DNA of 64,000 nucleotides from an uncultured Staphylococcaceae bacterium (lineage in GTDB: Bacteria; Bacillota_I; Bacilli_A; RFN20; CAG-826). Positions within the stretch are counted from its first letter, which is position 1; the number at the start of each line of letters is the position of its first letter. The stretch spans positions 2,578 through 66,577 of the forward strand of contig CAYJLA010000003.1 of NCBI GenBank assembly GCA_964371305.1, in the 5' to 3' direction. A model generated the notes under the pieces. It searched no databases and had not been told where the DNA came from. It worked only from the letters and a program-made list of their open reading frames with translations. Made by a program: the position numbers and the translations under genes. Below are positions 8,742-17,447 of this stretch, in pieces.

Positions 8742-11588
8742 TTACATTGGCCATTTATCGCCAGTGTCATATGGTAGGTGTTGATTTGAATTTATAAAGT
8801 CATAGTAATGACCCATTTGAGTGCTGCCATAGTATGAATCAGCATATTCAGTAACTTGTATGCCTAGAGCTAAATCAACAGTTAAAACGCCATCAACATC
8901 AATATGCAAGTTTGCATATAATTCATCAAGTCTGTTATATTCGTCAGCAAATATTTGGACATGTAGGTTCTTAATGTCTTCGTTATAAGTTAATTCACCC
9001 ATATTGATATCAAAAGTCCATGATTCTCTTGAACCATTGCTATATACATAGTTTTGAAGCAATGTTGAGTAATCTAAAACTCTATCAGCAGGTGGGACTA
9101 CAATAGCGTCTTTAATTGCGTTTAAAGCAAGACCATATATTCCAATTCCGTATTCAACAAAGTAGTATAACAAGTTATTGCCAGTCATTAACTGATCTAG
9201 TGTGAATCTAACTGTTTTTGTATAGTTGCGACTACTAATTAAGAAATTTCTATGAACGCTCATAAAAATATTTTCTGAGTCATAATAATAAAACTCTATA
9301 TCAATATCTTTACCTTCTCCATTTACTGCAAGTATTGCTTTAATACCTTCTAATTTCAAATATCCTCTTACACCTAAATGATTACCGTTTTGGTCAATTT
9401 CATCGTATATCTGCATATCAAAATGAGCCCCATAATCAAGACTAATGCCTATAACATCGAGGAATAGGTCGAAATCGTTTTGAGAAGGATCATTATCACT
9501 ACCTTGTACTCTATAATAACCATAATTTACTGAATTAGCGAATAAGTCGAGTATTACAAACACATCGGTAAAATCAGTATACGAATCATCTATTGGAAGT
9601 CTCTCATAATTAGGATTGTATGTAGATTGAATAATTTTAAATTTGAGTTCGTCATCTCCTACTTTAATCCCCTCTAATGAAAGAGCGCTCAATGAACCAT
9701 CATTCATTATTACTTTAAGCGTGATATCATTTTCCATCATCAATACATCACCATATATAACAACTTCTAAATTTCCATCAATCATCTTTATTGATTTAAA
9801 TATTTCAGTTGAAAGAACTGCGCCTACATCCCCGTTCATTATATTGCCTATAAATGAAGTTTCTAATTGTTCAAACATAGTGCCGAAATATTGCATAAAA
9901 CGTGCATTTTCTCCACTTAAAAGACTATCCATCAATTCCATTATTCCGTCTATTGTAGACATATCAAATTTTGCTTTTAAGCCTTCGTTATACTTAAAAT
10001 ACATTTTATCCTCACCGTATATATCTACTTTTAAATCGTGAATAGCGCCGTTATGAGTTTCATTAAAAACTAAATTTGCACTTCCGTTTTTTTCAGATAA
10101 GTCAAACTGAGTAAAACCGTTCATTGTAAAGCCTTGATTCATGCTGTCCAACATAGATAGTTCTATATCGAACGCAAATTCATCAGTATTTATTAAGTCA
10201 AAGACATCCATAACCACATCGTTAATGCCTTCCATAGAAGGGTAAGAGTTAGGATCAAAATCAGAAATGTTTTGATACTCTGAAGTAATTAACATAAGAT
10301 TAATAGAATAACCTTCAAATACGATGCCATTGACTGCTAAAACTATATCTGAATAGTCGCGTTGCAACACGATTGTTATTACGCCTGCAGTAAACCCTAT
10401 TGTAGATGCATTAAGTTCAATAGTTATTGTATCTTCTTTTATTTCAAATTTAGTAAAAAGATCTTCAATTATTGATAAATCTTTATCTTCAATAGCCATT
10501 ATCAAATCAGAATTGAATAGTGGGTCAAGAAATGAAAGTGTAGTAGATGTTTCTTTGCCTGCTTTTTCTTCGAAAAATGTCATTAAATCATTAAATGAAC
10601 TGGCAGGATATTTACCTTTTAAAATGTCATTTATTTCAAAAAATACATTATCATCAACATATCTTCCAAATACATCATAAAGCACACCTGTATTAATAGA
10701 AGCATCAATGTAATAGTCATTATTTGGTAAGTCAATACCGATAGTACTGTCTAAATTTAGTACATTTTCGTTGTTTTTTGTAACACTTGCATTAAGACTT
10801 ACAGCTAAAGTATCTTTTGATAACATTTCTGCTATATCTTTCAACATATTTGTATAATTTTTCAAATTAGTATATTCAATACCGTTTTGTGAAGGATCTT
10901 TTACAATGCTTGTTTCAGAGTCGACAGAAGAAGCATTAATGCTACATTCAATACTTGCACCGAAAATGTCTTGGGCATCAATTTCGATACCACTTAATTT
11001 ATAATTGAAGTCTGAAAAAAATGATATCGGCAATAAATCAGCTAAATTAACATCAAATTTATATGATGTGTTTAATTCAGTGTATGTCATATTCGATAGT
11101 GAATTCATTAAACTTTGTGCGTCAATCCCTTGTAGTTCGTTTGGTAATTCAATATCTATATCAAAAGCAGAAAATACCTCGAACAACCCAGATAAATCCG
11201 TTCCTTCGAGCATTACGTTTGTATCAAAAATAGTTGCATAGATGTTCGAATTAAAATATGCAAAACTAAAATCAATTTTATAATTGTTAAAAGAAATATC
11301 TCCATCAAAAGAAACGTCTATTTTTTCTAAACTAGGCATATAAAGATTCACGTCACCAGATAACTCTAACTCAATATCTTGATAAGTAACTTCCAAATCT
11401 ATTTCAGCCGTTACGTTTCCAAGAGCTAACAAATTAGTCATGAATTTTCCTTGAGGTGTATCATCCACACTCGCTGAACTAGTAGTGCCGTTTCCTGAAG
11501 CTACAGTTGGTGCGACAAAATATGTTACTGCTGTTGATGCAGTAGTAACTGCCATAAATAATCCTGCAAATTTCAAAAAAGCTCCCAT
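8742..11588 (-). CDS. large secreted/surface protein of unknown function (948 aa)
   Basis: Uninterrupted 2.8-kb ORF in a 29% GC genome. N-terminal signal MGAFLKFAGLFMAVTTASTAVTYFVAPTVASG. It is D/N/S/T-rich with no recognisable catalytic motif. Confidence 0.6.
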   Translation of the reverse strand: MGAFLKFAGLFMAVTTASTAVTYFVAPTVASGNGTTSSASVDDTPQGKFMTNLLALGNVTAEIDLEVTYQDIELELSGDVNLYMPSLEKIDVSFDGDISFNNYKIDFSFAYFNSNIYATIFDTNVMLEGTDLSGLFEVFSAFDIDIELPNELQGIDAQSLMNSLSNMTYTELNTSYKFDVNLADLLPISFFSDFNYKLSGIEIDAQDIFGASIECSINASSVDSETSIVKDPSQNGIEYTNLKNYTNMLKDIAEMLSKDTLAVSLNASVTKNNENVLNLDSTIGIDLPNNDYYIDASINTGVLYDVFGRYVDDNVFFEINDILKGKYPASSFNDLMTFFEEKAGKETSTTLSFLDPLFNSDLIMAIEDKDLSIIEDLFTKFEIKEDTITIELNASTIGFTAGVITIVLQRDYSDIVLAVNGIVFEGYSINLMLITSEYQNISDFDPNSYPSMEGINDVVMDVFDLINTDEFAFDIELSMLDSMNQGFTMNGFTQFDLSEKNGSANLVFNETHNGAIHDLKVDIYGEDKMYFKYNEGLKAKFDMSTIDGIMELMDSLLSGENARFMQYFGTMFEQLETSFIGNIMNGDVGAVLSTEIFKSIKMIDGNLEVVIYGDVLMMENDITLKVIMNDGSLSALSLEGIKVGDDELKFKIIQSTYNPNYERLPIDDSYTDFTDVFVILDLFANSVNYGYYRVQGSDNDPSQNDFDLFLDVIGISLDYGAHFDMQIYDEIDQNGNHLGVRGYLKLEGIKAILAVNGEGKDIDIEFYYYDSENIFMSVHRNFLISSRNYTKTVRFTLDQLMTGNNLLYYFVEYGIGIYGLALNAIKDAIVVPPADRVLDYSTLLQNYVYSNGSRESWTFDINMGELTYNEDIKNLHVQIFADEYNRLDELYANLHIDVDGVLTVDLALGIQVTEYADSYYGSTQMGHYYDFINSNQHLPYDTGDKWPM

Positions 11589-11600
11589 ATATAATTCCCC

Positions 11601-12527
11601 TTAATATTTTATTTGATCTGTAAGCAGTGGAATAACACTATTCTCACTAACGGTATATGTAATAGTTAAATCATTCTTAGTTTGAACACCAACAATCATC
11701 TTCGCACTAAAATGTTCATCTATTTCAATAGAATTAAGCATTAACTTATCGTCTAAATTAATTGTAAGCTTAACGTATTCGAAAACTGGCAAATCATCTA
11801 GCCCAGATATTTCTTTCATTTGTTTAACATATTTTATGACACTTAAAACTGGATCGAGCTCTAAAGTTAGAGTATATCCATCAGTAGATTTTTCAAAAGA
11901 ATTAAAATCTGATTCTTTAATAGTTGCATCGGATATAATGTATGCCCAAACATCTCCCGGTAATTCTCCAAACATCTCCACCCATGAATCAGTAGTATAA
12001 ATATCTGGGTCCGATGTATAGGTTATATTATTGATATCAGCAAGCTTACCATTATATTTTGTTATTTCTCCATCGGTATAGTACATCCTCCAAGCAGTGC
12101 TAACAATGCCTTTAGATGCTGATTCTTCAAACCTAGAAGTTCCACATTTTATGGATTTCGCTCTGATTATTTGATCACCACCCATTGAAGGATATGCTGT
12201 TCCAACAGTGGAAGAAGTTACATAACTTTCACTTTCGATTAATAATCTAGAAATATTCGCGATTTCACCATAAGTAAAATCACTGAAGTCCCTACTCGAG
12301 TTAAGTGCAGTATTATATTTGTCCATTAAGCCGTCTTCATCCTGATACAATAACTCTGGATTTATGTTTCCGTAGTCAATACTAGGAACGGTAGTCATGC
12401 CATTGATGAATACACCTAAATAAACTCCAGCAGCAATTCCACAAACTGTAACAAGAGTTCCAATAGTGCGTTTTTTAGTATTGCTCATCAGCTTAAGTGG
12501 TTTAGTTGTTTTAACATTTTTTCCCAT
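11601..12527 (-). CDS. membrane-anchored protein of unknown function (308 aa); co-transcribed upstream partner of the 948-aa protein
   Basis: One N-terminal TM helix (TIGTLVTVCGIAAGVYLGVFI) followed by a soluble domain. Only 12 nt separate it from the downstream gene on the same strand. Confidence 0.55.
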   Translation of the reverse strand: MGKNVKTTKPLKLMSNTKKRTIGTLVTVCGIAAGVYLGVFINGMTTVPSIDYGNINPELLYQDEDGLMDKYNTALNSSRDFSDFTYGEIANISRLLIESESYVTSSTVGTAYPSMGGDQIIRAKSIKCGTSRFEESASKGIVSTAWRMYYTDGEITKYNGKLADINNITYTSDPDIYTTDSWVEMFGELPGDVWAYIISDATIKESDFNSFEKSTDGYTLTLELDPVLSVIKYVKQMKEISGLDDLPVFEYVKLTINLDDKLMLNSIEIDEHFSAKMIVGVQTKNDLTITYTVSENSVIPLLTDQIKY

Positions 12528-12656
12528 GTTTTAAGTATAATACTATGTATATGCGTGCACTATATAATAATAAAGGAAGAAATAAGAGAGTAAATTCTAT
12601 TAATTAGAGAATCTATCTACCATATCTCTAAAAAAGAGAATTAAAGCATTTTATTG

Positions 12657-12685
12657 TTGAAATGCGTATATTTTTAGCATAAAAT
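12657..12685 (+). promoter_or_regulatory. sigma70-type promoter (TTGAAA-17-TAAAAT) giving an apparently leaderless transcript for the XRE gene
   Basis: -35 TTGAAA 12657-12662, 17-nt spacer, -10 TAAAAT 12680-12685. The ATG at 12692 is 7 nt downstream of the -10 and has no Shine-Dalgarno sequence. Confidence 0.5.
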
Positions 12686-12691
12686 TGATAT

Positions 12692-13273
12692 ATGAAAACG
12701 TTAAACGATATTGTGTCATCGAATCTAATTAATTTAAGAAAGAGTAAAAATTTAACTCAACAGCAGCTTGCTGAGCTATTTGATTATAGTGATAAAACTG
12801 TCTCAAAGTGGGAACTTGGACAAAGTATTCCAAGTGTAGAAGTGTTGAAGTCTCTTGCTGATTTTTATGGCGTTTCCATAGATGCGATTGTTTCGCAAAG
12901 TGGTGGTTTTAACGTTAAACAGATGAAAACAAGTAGACAAAACTTAAATAATAAAATGGTTATAACTGCGTTGAGCTTTACTTTTGTTTGGATATTAGCT
13001 GCATGTATTTATGTAGCATTTATGTTAAACAATGTGGAAGAAAGTGCTTGGTTAGCCTTTATATGGGCAATACCCGGATCGTTAGCGATTTGCACACTAC
13101 AAACTAAAATGTGGTGGAATAAATCAGTAACTTTAATTATCTTTATTAGTTTATTTATTTGGATGTTATTGCTTGCAACATTTCTTTCGTTTTTAGATTA
13201 TAATTTATGGTATATTTTCTTCATTGGCATACCTGTACAAGTTAGTGTAATTCTATTTTCTAGATTTAAATAA
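12692..13273 (+). CDS. membrane-tethered XRE-family HTH transcriptional regulator
   Basis: N-terminal HTH_3 (LTQQQLAELFDYSDKTVSKWELGQSIPSVEVLKSLADFYGVSIDAIV) followed by about 4 TM helices. Confidence 0.75.
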   Translation: MKTLNDIVSSNLINLRKSKNLTQQQLAELFDYSDKTVSKWELGQSIPSVEVLKSLADFYGVSIDAIVSQSGGFNVKQMKTSRQNLNNKMVITALSFTFVWILAACIYVAFMLNNVEESAWLAFIWAIPGSLAICTLQTKMWWNKSVTLIIFISLFIWMLLLATFLSFLDYNLWYIFFIGIPVQVSVILFSRFK

Positions 13274-13930
13274 TTATTTTGCTTTAAACGTAATTCTTAC
13301 TTTAAGTAGCTGCCACAAAACAATTAATAATTGTAGTGGTATACCTATTAAAAAGACTGTCCAAAAAGGGACGCCAGTTTCAGTAATAAACATTGACAAA
13401 GTAATAAATAACGCAAAACACGTCGTCCACACAATTGCTGATACTGAAATAGCTTTATATATTTTTTTTGCCCATAAACAAGAAAACACAGTTAAAATTA
13501 TGCTGCTTGCAGGCAATCCATATACAAAAAATAACGACATCCATCCAGCATTTCCTCCAGCGATCATAATTGATAAAACAAACCCAACTGTTACAACAAG
13601 CCATACTAATCCCACAGATAAAAGAGTTATTACAATATGTCTTTTCTTATATTCTTTCTTAGGAACTCTTTTTTTATTTGAAAGTAAGTCATCTACAGTG
13701 ATTTGATAAAAATCGGCTAAATTTTTCAATGTTTCTACATCAGGAATTCCTTCCCCTCTTTCCCATTTCGAGATTGATTTGTCGCTATATTGAACTTTTA
13801 AAGCAACTTCAGCTTGAGTTAATCCCGCTTCCTTGCGATAATAAGCTAAGTTTTTGGACACGATGTATATAAGTGATTTACTGTCATTCATAACATTATT
13901 ATACTTTAAAAGCTTATAAATAAAATACAA
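13274..13930 (-). CDS. membrane-tethered XRE-family HTH transcriptional regulator (paralog of 12692-13273)
   Basis: HTH (LTQAEVALKVQYSDKSISKWERGEGIPDVETLKNLADFYQITVDDLL) plus a C-terminal TM bundle. It is convergent with and directly abuts its paralog. The true start may be the internal MNDSKS at 13891. Confidence 0.7.
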   Translation of the reverse strand: MYFIYKLLKYNNVMNDSKSLIYIVSKNLAYYRKEAGLTQAEVALKVQYSDKSISKWERGEGIPDVETLKNLADFYQITVDDLLSNKKRVPKKEYKKRHIVITLLSVGLVWLVVTVGFVLSIMIAGGNAGWMSLFFVYGLPASSIILTVFSCLWAKKIYKAISVSAIVWTTCFALFITLSMFITETGVPFWTVFLIGIPLQLLIVLWQLLKVRITFKAK

Positions 13931-13950
13931 ATTATGATATTATTTTATAT

Positions 13951-14478
13951 ATGAAATTATTGCATACAGTAATTGATGATGAGTACATTGTTAAAGACAA
14001 AGCGATACCGTTTAAAAAGAGGGAAGTAGTAAGAGGCGTTGTTTTAAATGAAAACAATGAAATATTTTTAATTCATTTAGTTGATGATGATATTTTTGGT
14101 CACCGCGATTACTATGAACTTCCTGGCGGCGGAATTGAAATTGGCGAAAACAAAATTGAAGCTTTATTAAGGGAAATGATTGAAGAAACGGGCTATGAAT
14201 GCGAAGTAGTATGTGATCTTGGTCAAGTGACTGTATTTTATAATTTGTTATATAGAGAAAACATAGTATATTTTTATTTATTAAGAGCGAAAAAATATGT
14301 TGGCCAAAAGCTAACAGATTATGAAATCAAAAGGTTTAAATCATTTGATTTTTATAATATAGATAAATGTATCGAGTTATACAAACTAAAAGGCAAACAA
14401 AAATTGGCCAAACTTATTAAAAATACCGAATTGCCAATTATTGAATTGACAAAACACATACTTATGAATATAAAATAA
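13951..14478 (+). CDS. NUDIX hydrolase
   Basis: Nudix box GGGIEIGENKIEALLREMIEETG (Gx5Ex7REUxEExGU). Confidence 0.75.
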   Translation: MKLLHTVIDDEYIVKDKAIPFKKREVVRGVVLNENNEIFLIHLVDDDIFGHRDYYELPGGGIEIGENKIEALLREMIEETGYECEVVCDLGQVTVFYNLLYRENIVYFYLLRAKKYVGQKLTDYEIKRFKSFDFYNIDKCIELYKLKGKQKLAKLIKNTELPIIELTKHILMNIK

Positions 14479-14535
14479 TCTATAAGTCATAAACACTTTA
14501 CAAGTACAGCAATTTGATATAATATATATCTTGCT

Positions 14536-14612
14536 GGCGGGTGTGGTGAAGAGGTTAACACAATCGGCTGTGAACCGATCATTCGCGGGTTCAATTCCCG
14601 TCACTCGCCCCA
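14536..14612 (+). tRNA. trnH: tRNA-His (anticodon GTG) with encoded G-1 and CCA
   Basis: Acceptor GCGGGTG/CACTCGC with an extra 5' G paired to discriminator C. Anticodon loop CTGTGAA, T-loop TTCAATT. Confidence 0.85.
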
Positions 14613-14624
14613 TTGAATGAATGT

Positions 14625-14656
14625 GTCTCGATACAAATGGTATTGAGACTTTTTTA
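14625..14656 (+). terminator. rho-independent terminator after tRNA-His
   Basis: 10-bp stem GTCTCGATAC/GTATTGAGAC (one mismatch), loop AAATG, then TTTTTT. Confidence 0.65.
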
Positions 14657-14748
14657 TTGCTTAAAATTCCATTATGTGTCTAAAATGATTTGCATTTTAA
14701 ACCTTATATTGATAGTAAAATCTAAATAAAATATAATTAATAAGAAAT

Positions 14749-16320
14749 ATGAATAAGGTAAAACAAATATTTAATAGTTTTAATTTTAAAAAACATGACT
14801 ATATTTTTATGTTTATTTTAGTTGTTGGGGTATTGGTTCGTGTTATTAGTTTTTCCGTTACTCCGGCTGGATTTAATCAAGATGAAGCCTTTGCGGCATA
14901 TCAAACTTTATCTTTATTAAGAGATGGTGTTGATTCTATGGGATATGGCTTTCCGGTATATTTTACTGCTTGGGGCAGTGGAATGAATGCATTGGAATCA
15001 TATTTAGCGCTTCCGTTTTTTGCAATATTTGGTCCGTCAGTAGCAGCATTTAGAACGCCACAGCTACTACTGTCTATTATTTCTCTTGTAATTTTTTATT
15101 TACTACTGAAAAAAATGTTTACCATTAAAGTTGCGCTCATTGGAGTTGGTATACTTACTGTTTCTCCGTGGCATATTATGTTAAGTAGGTGGGGACTTGA
15201 ATCGAATTTAGCACCTGCTTTTTTGTTGCTAGGATTATATTTCTTTGTTCTTGGCATAGAAAAAAATAAATACTGGATTGTTTCGTCTATAATGTATGGA
15301 TTAGCACTTTATACGTATGCGCCAACTTGGCTCGTAGTTCCGTTTGTTATTATATTTTGTGTAGTATACCTACTAATTATGAGAAAAAAAATATTACTAC
15401 GTTATGCTTTACCATCTGTTGGCATTTTAGCGTTATTTGGAATCCCACTTATATTATTTTTATTTATAAACAACGGTTTAATGAATGAAATATCAACTTC
15501 ATTTTTTTCCATTCCAAAATTGGTTGATATGAGAGAAGGTGAATTATCTTTAACAAATCTTTTAAATCCAGATTCATACTATAATTTCTTCAATATACTA
15601 ATTACACAAAACGATGGACTGCCTTGGAATTCAACTGAAGATTTTGGTATGTTCTATTTAATTAGTTTCCCGTTTATTGTATTTGGTATGGTTATTGTTG
15701 TAATGAATGCGTGGAAAAAAATATGTAATAAGGAGTTCTCTTACGAAGTAATAGTGTTAGTTTGTGCCTTTGTTTCGTTTATAGCATGTCTTATGATTCA
15801 AAATTTAAATATTAATAAGGCGAATTCTTTCCATATATATACGGCCATATTTTTGGCTTTAGGTTTAAATGAATTGTTTACTATATTTAAGAATTACCAA
15901 ATTGTTTCAAAAGGTGTATTAGCAACATACGGAATCATGTTTGTATTTTTTACTTCATATTACTTTGGACAATACAATGATTTAATTGGATATTATTTTA
16001 ATGTCGGCGCAGGTGATGCCATTAAATTCGCCAAAGAACAAGAACATGATAGCATTTATATTGATTATAGAATTAGTTATTCCGTTGTGTTATTTTATGA
16101 TGAAACTCCGCAACAAGAATATGAAGAAACCGTTCAATATTATAATTACCCAAGCACTTTCTTGGGGGTATCAAGTTTTGGGAACTATAAGTTTACAAGC
16201 AGTTTTAGTTATTTGGATGTTAATAGTGTATATATTGCTGATCAAGTACATAGAAGTAATTTTACTTCATTTGAAATTCAACAATTCGGTATGTTTATCG
16301 TTGCATATAACGGGTCTTAA
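14749..16320 (+). CDS. GT-C family glycosyltransferase (ArnT/PMT-like, 4-amino-arabinose/mannosyltransferase fold)
   Basis: 523 aa, at least 10 TM helices. The N-terminal loop GFNQDEAFAAYQTLSLLRDGVD is the conserved DE-containing loop of the PMT/ArnT GT39/GT83 superfamily. Confidence 0.55.
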   Translation: MNKVKQIFNSFNFKKHDYIFMFILVVGVLVRVISFSVTPAGFNQDEAFAAYQTLSLLRDGVDSMGYGFPVYFTAWGSGMNALESYLALPFFAIFGPSVAAFRTPQLLLSIISLVIFYLLLKKMFTIKVALIGVGILTVSPWHIMLSRWGLESNLAPAFLLLGLYFFVLGIEKNKYWIVSSIMYGLALYTYAPTWLVVPFVIIFCVVYLLIMRKKILLRYALPSVGILALFGIPLILFLFINNGLMNEISTSFFSIPKLVDMREGELSLTNLLNPDSYYNFFNILITQNDGLPWNSTEDFGMFYLISFPFIVFGMVIVVMNAWKKICNKEFSYEVIVLVCAFVSFIACLMIQNLNINKANSFHIYTAIFLALGLNELFTIFKNYQIVSKGVLATYGIMFVFFTSYYFGQYNDLIGYYFNVGAGDAIKFAKEQEHDSIYIDYRISYSVVLFYDETPQQEYEETVQYYNYPSTFLGVSSFGNYKFTSSFSYLDVNSVYIADQVHRSNFTSFEIQQFGMFIVAYNGS

Positions 16321-16446
16321 TCATTATAAAAGTAGCAAAACATCTATTAAAGTTGTAGTGAATTCTTCTCATAAAATGATTAATTTCTATATGAAATAAT
16401 TTAAATTAAAACAAATTTATAAAACTATTTAAAATACTTAGTGTTA

Positions 16447-16469
16447 TTGTCTTCATGTATTGGTATAAT
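16447..16469 (+). promoter_or_regulatory. extended -10 promoter (TGgTATAAT) for the DbpA-RBD gene
   Basis: TGGTATAAT at 16461-16469, with a roughly 85-nt 5' leader before the ATG at 16559. Confidence 0.45.
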
Positions 16470-16558
16470 ACATTGTTTTTAAAAGCTTAAAACTATAATT
16501 TATTTCTTATTATGACTGGGTATGAATAAATGAAGCGCTGTATCAAGGAGGATAAGAA

Positions 16559-17284
16559 ATGGAAAATAAAATGGTACAAAATATAATCAACTGTTTAAAA
16601 GATGAACAGTTTGATTCTTCAGTAAATGAAGTAAAAGTGTTACTTAAAGAAATTAAGGCACTAGGAGAAAGCTGCACTCCAACTGAACTCGCAGCATGTT
16701 TAATGATCGAGTTGAAAAAACTCGAAAAAAAATCAAGTGAAAACGTCAAAAATAACGATAAGTTTTCAAAAAGAGATCAATTTAAATATGAAAAGGTTGA
16801 ATTTACTAAAAATGAATATGCACAAAGATTTTTTATTAATGTAGGTGAAAGAGATGGACTTAACAAAGTTATGTTAATGGAATTCATCTCTGATAATTGT
16901 CCAAGTGTGAATAAAGGAATGTTTAGTGACTCATTTACTAAAGATACTTATTCATTTTTTGAATTACCAAAAGAAGTAGTCGAAGAAGTAATGTCTAATA
17001 TAATTGGTTTACAATTTCTTGGAAGACAAGTGAATGTTGAATTATCGGAAAAGAAAAAAGCTGATAGAAATAGAGGAAGTCGTGGTGGTTCCAGAGGAAG
17101 AAATGATTCTAGAAACTCTAGAGGTTCTTCAAATGGTGGCTCATATAATAGAGATAGAACATCCTCAAGAGGTTCTGACTCAAGAAGTTCAAACTCAAGA
17201 AGTTTTGGTTCATCAAGAGGTTCTGACTCAAGAAGTTCAAACTCAAGAAGTTTTGGCCCTAAAAGAGATTCAAATAGAAGATAA
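16559..17284 (+). CDS. standalone DbpA-type RNA-binding-domain protein with RS/SR/RG-rich low-complexity C-terminal tail
   Basis: Residues 80-165 (FFINVGERDGLNKVMLMEFI...FFELPKEVVEEVMSNIIGLQFLGRQVNVELSEKKK) resemble the C-terminal RNA-binding domain of DbpA/YxiN DEAD-box helicases. The tail is SRGGSRGRNDSRNSRGSS...SRGSDSRSSNSRSFG x2. Confidence 0.55.
   Translation: MENKMVQNIINCLKDEQFDSSVNEVKVLLKEIKALGESCTPTELAACLMIELKKLEKKSSENVKNNDKFSKRDQFKYEKVEFTKNEYAQRFFINVGERDGLNKVMLMEFISDNCPSVNKGMFSDSFTKDTYSFFELPKEVVEEVMSNIIGLQFLGRQVNVELSEKKKADRNRGSRGGSRGRNDSRNSRGSSNGGSYNRDRTSSRGSDSRSSNSRSFGSSRGSDSRSSNSRSFGPKRDSNRR
17165..17260 (+). repeat. perfect 48-bp tandem duplication (2 copies) encoding the SRGSDSRSSNSRSFGS unit
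   Basis: tcaagaggttctgactcaagaagttcaaactcaagaagttttgg occurs at 17165 and again at 17213. Confidence 0.8.
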
Positions 17285-17320
17285 TTTATATAAATACAAT
17301 TAATATTATTAATTAAACTA

Positions 17321-17347
17321 AGCAGACAGTTATGTTCTGCTTTTTTA
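17321..17347 (+). terminator. rho-independent terminator
   Basis: Hairpin AGCAGAC-agttat-GTTCTGCT followed by TTTTTT. Confidence 0.55.
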
Positions 17348-17447
17348 TTGAGCAAAAAATATAAATTGACTATTAATATTTTTCTATGTTTAATATAAGT
17401 ATAAAAATTTTAGTTTTAATCAAATTTATTATTCATAAGGGGGAAGT

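Noticed and set aside
8543-8770. 75-aa minus-strand ORF overlapping the 5' end of the small membrane protein gene and the 3' end of the 948-aa gene.
   Set aside because: It overlaps two better-supported ORFs and is low-complexity. It is likely spurious.
9643-11241. Plus-strand ORFs 9643-10041 and 11005-11241 inside the 948-aa gene. The same pattern appears at 889-1239, 1974-2186, 4806-5045, 13500-13706, 18739-20268 (four ORFs antisense to adhE), 23884-24618, 28293-28568, 30197-30718, 31436-31768, 38835-39017, 39329-39592, 40552-40764, 46998-47282, 48662-48886, 54070-54261, 55758-55943, 57738-57980, 58269-58565 and 62187-62597.
   Set aside because: All are embedded in or antisense to much longer ORFs that have recognisable motifs. 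They are typical shadow ORFs of an AT-rich genome.
14386-14613. 75-aa minus-strand ORF covering tRNA-His.
   Set aside because: It is antisense to a clear tRNA gene and the NUDIX 3' end.
15986-16399. 137-aa plus-strand ORF overlapping the 3' end of the GT-C glycosyltransferase gene in another frame.
   Set aside because: It overlaps a longer ORF whose TM-helix periodicity is maintained to its stop. It has no RBS and no independent support.
16948-17355. 135-aa minus-strand ORF with repetitive LLEFELLESEPL units.
   Set aside because: It is the antisense reading of the 48-bp tandem repeat in the RS-tail gene. The repetitiveness is inherited from the repeat, not evidence of a gene.
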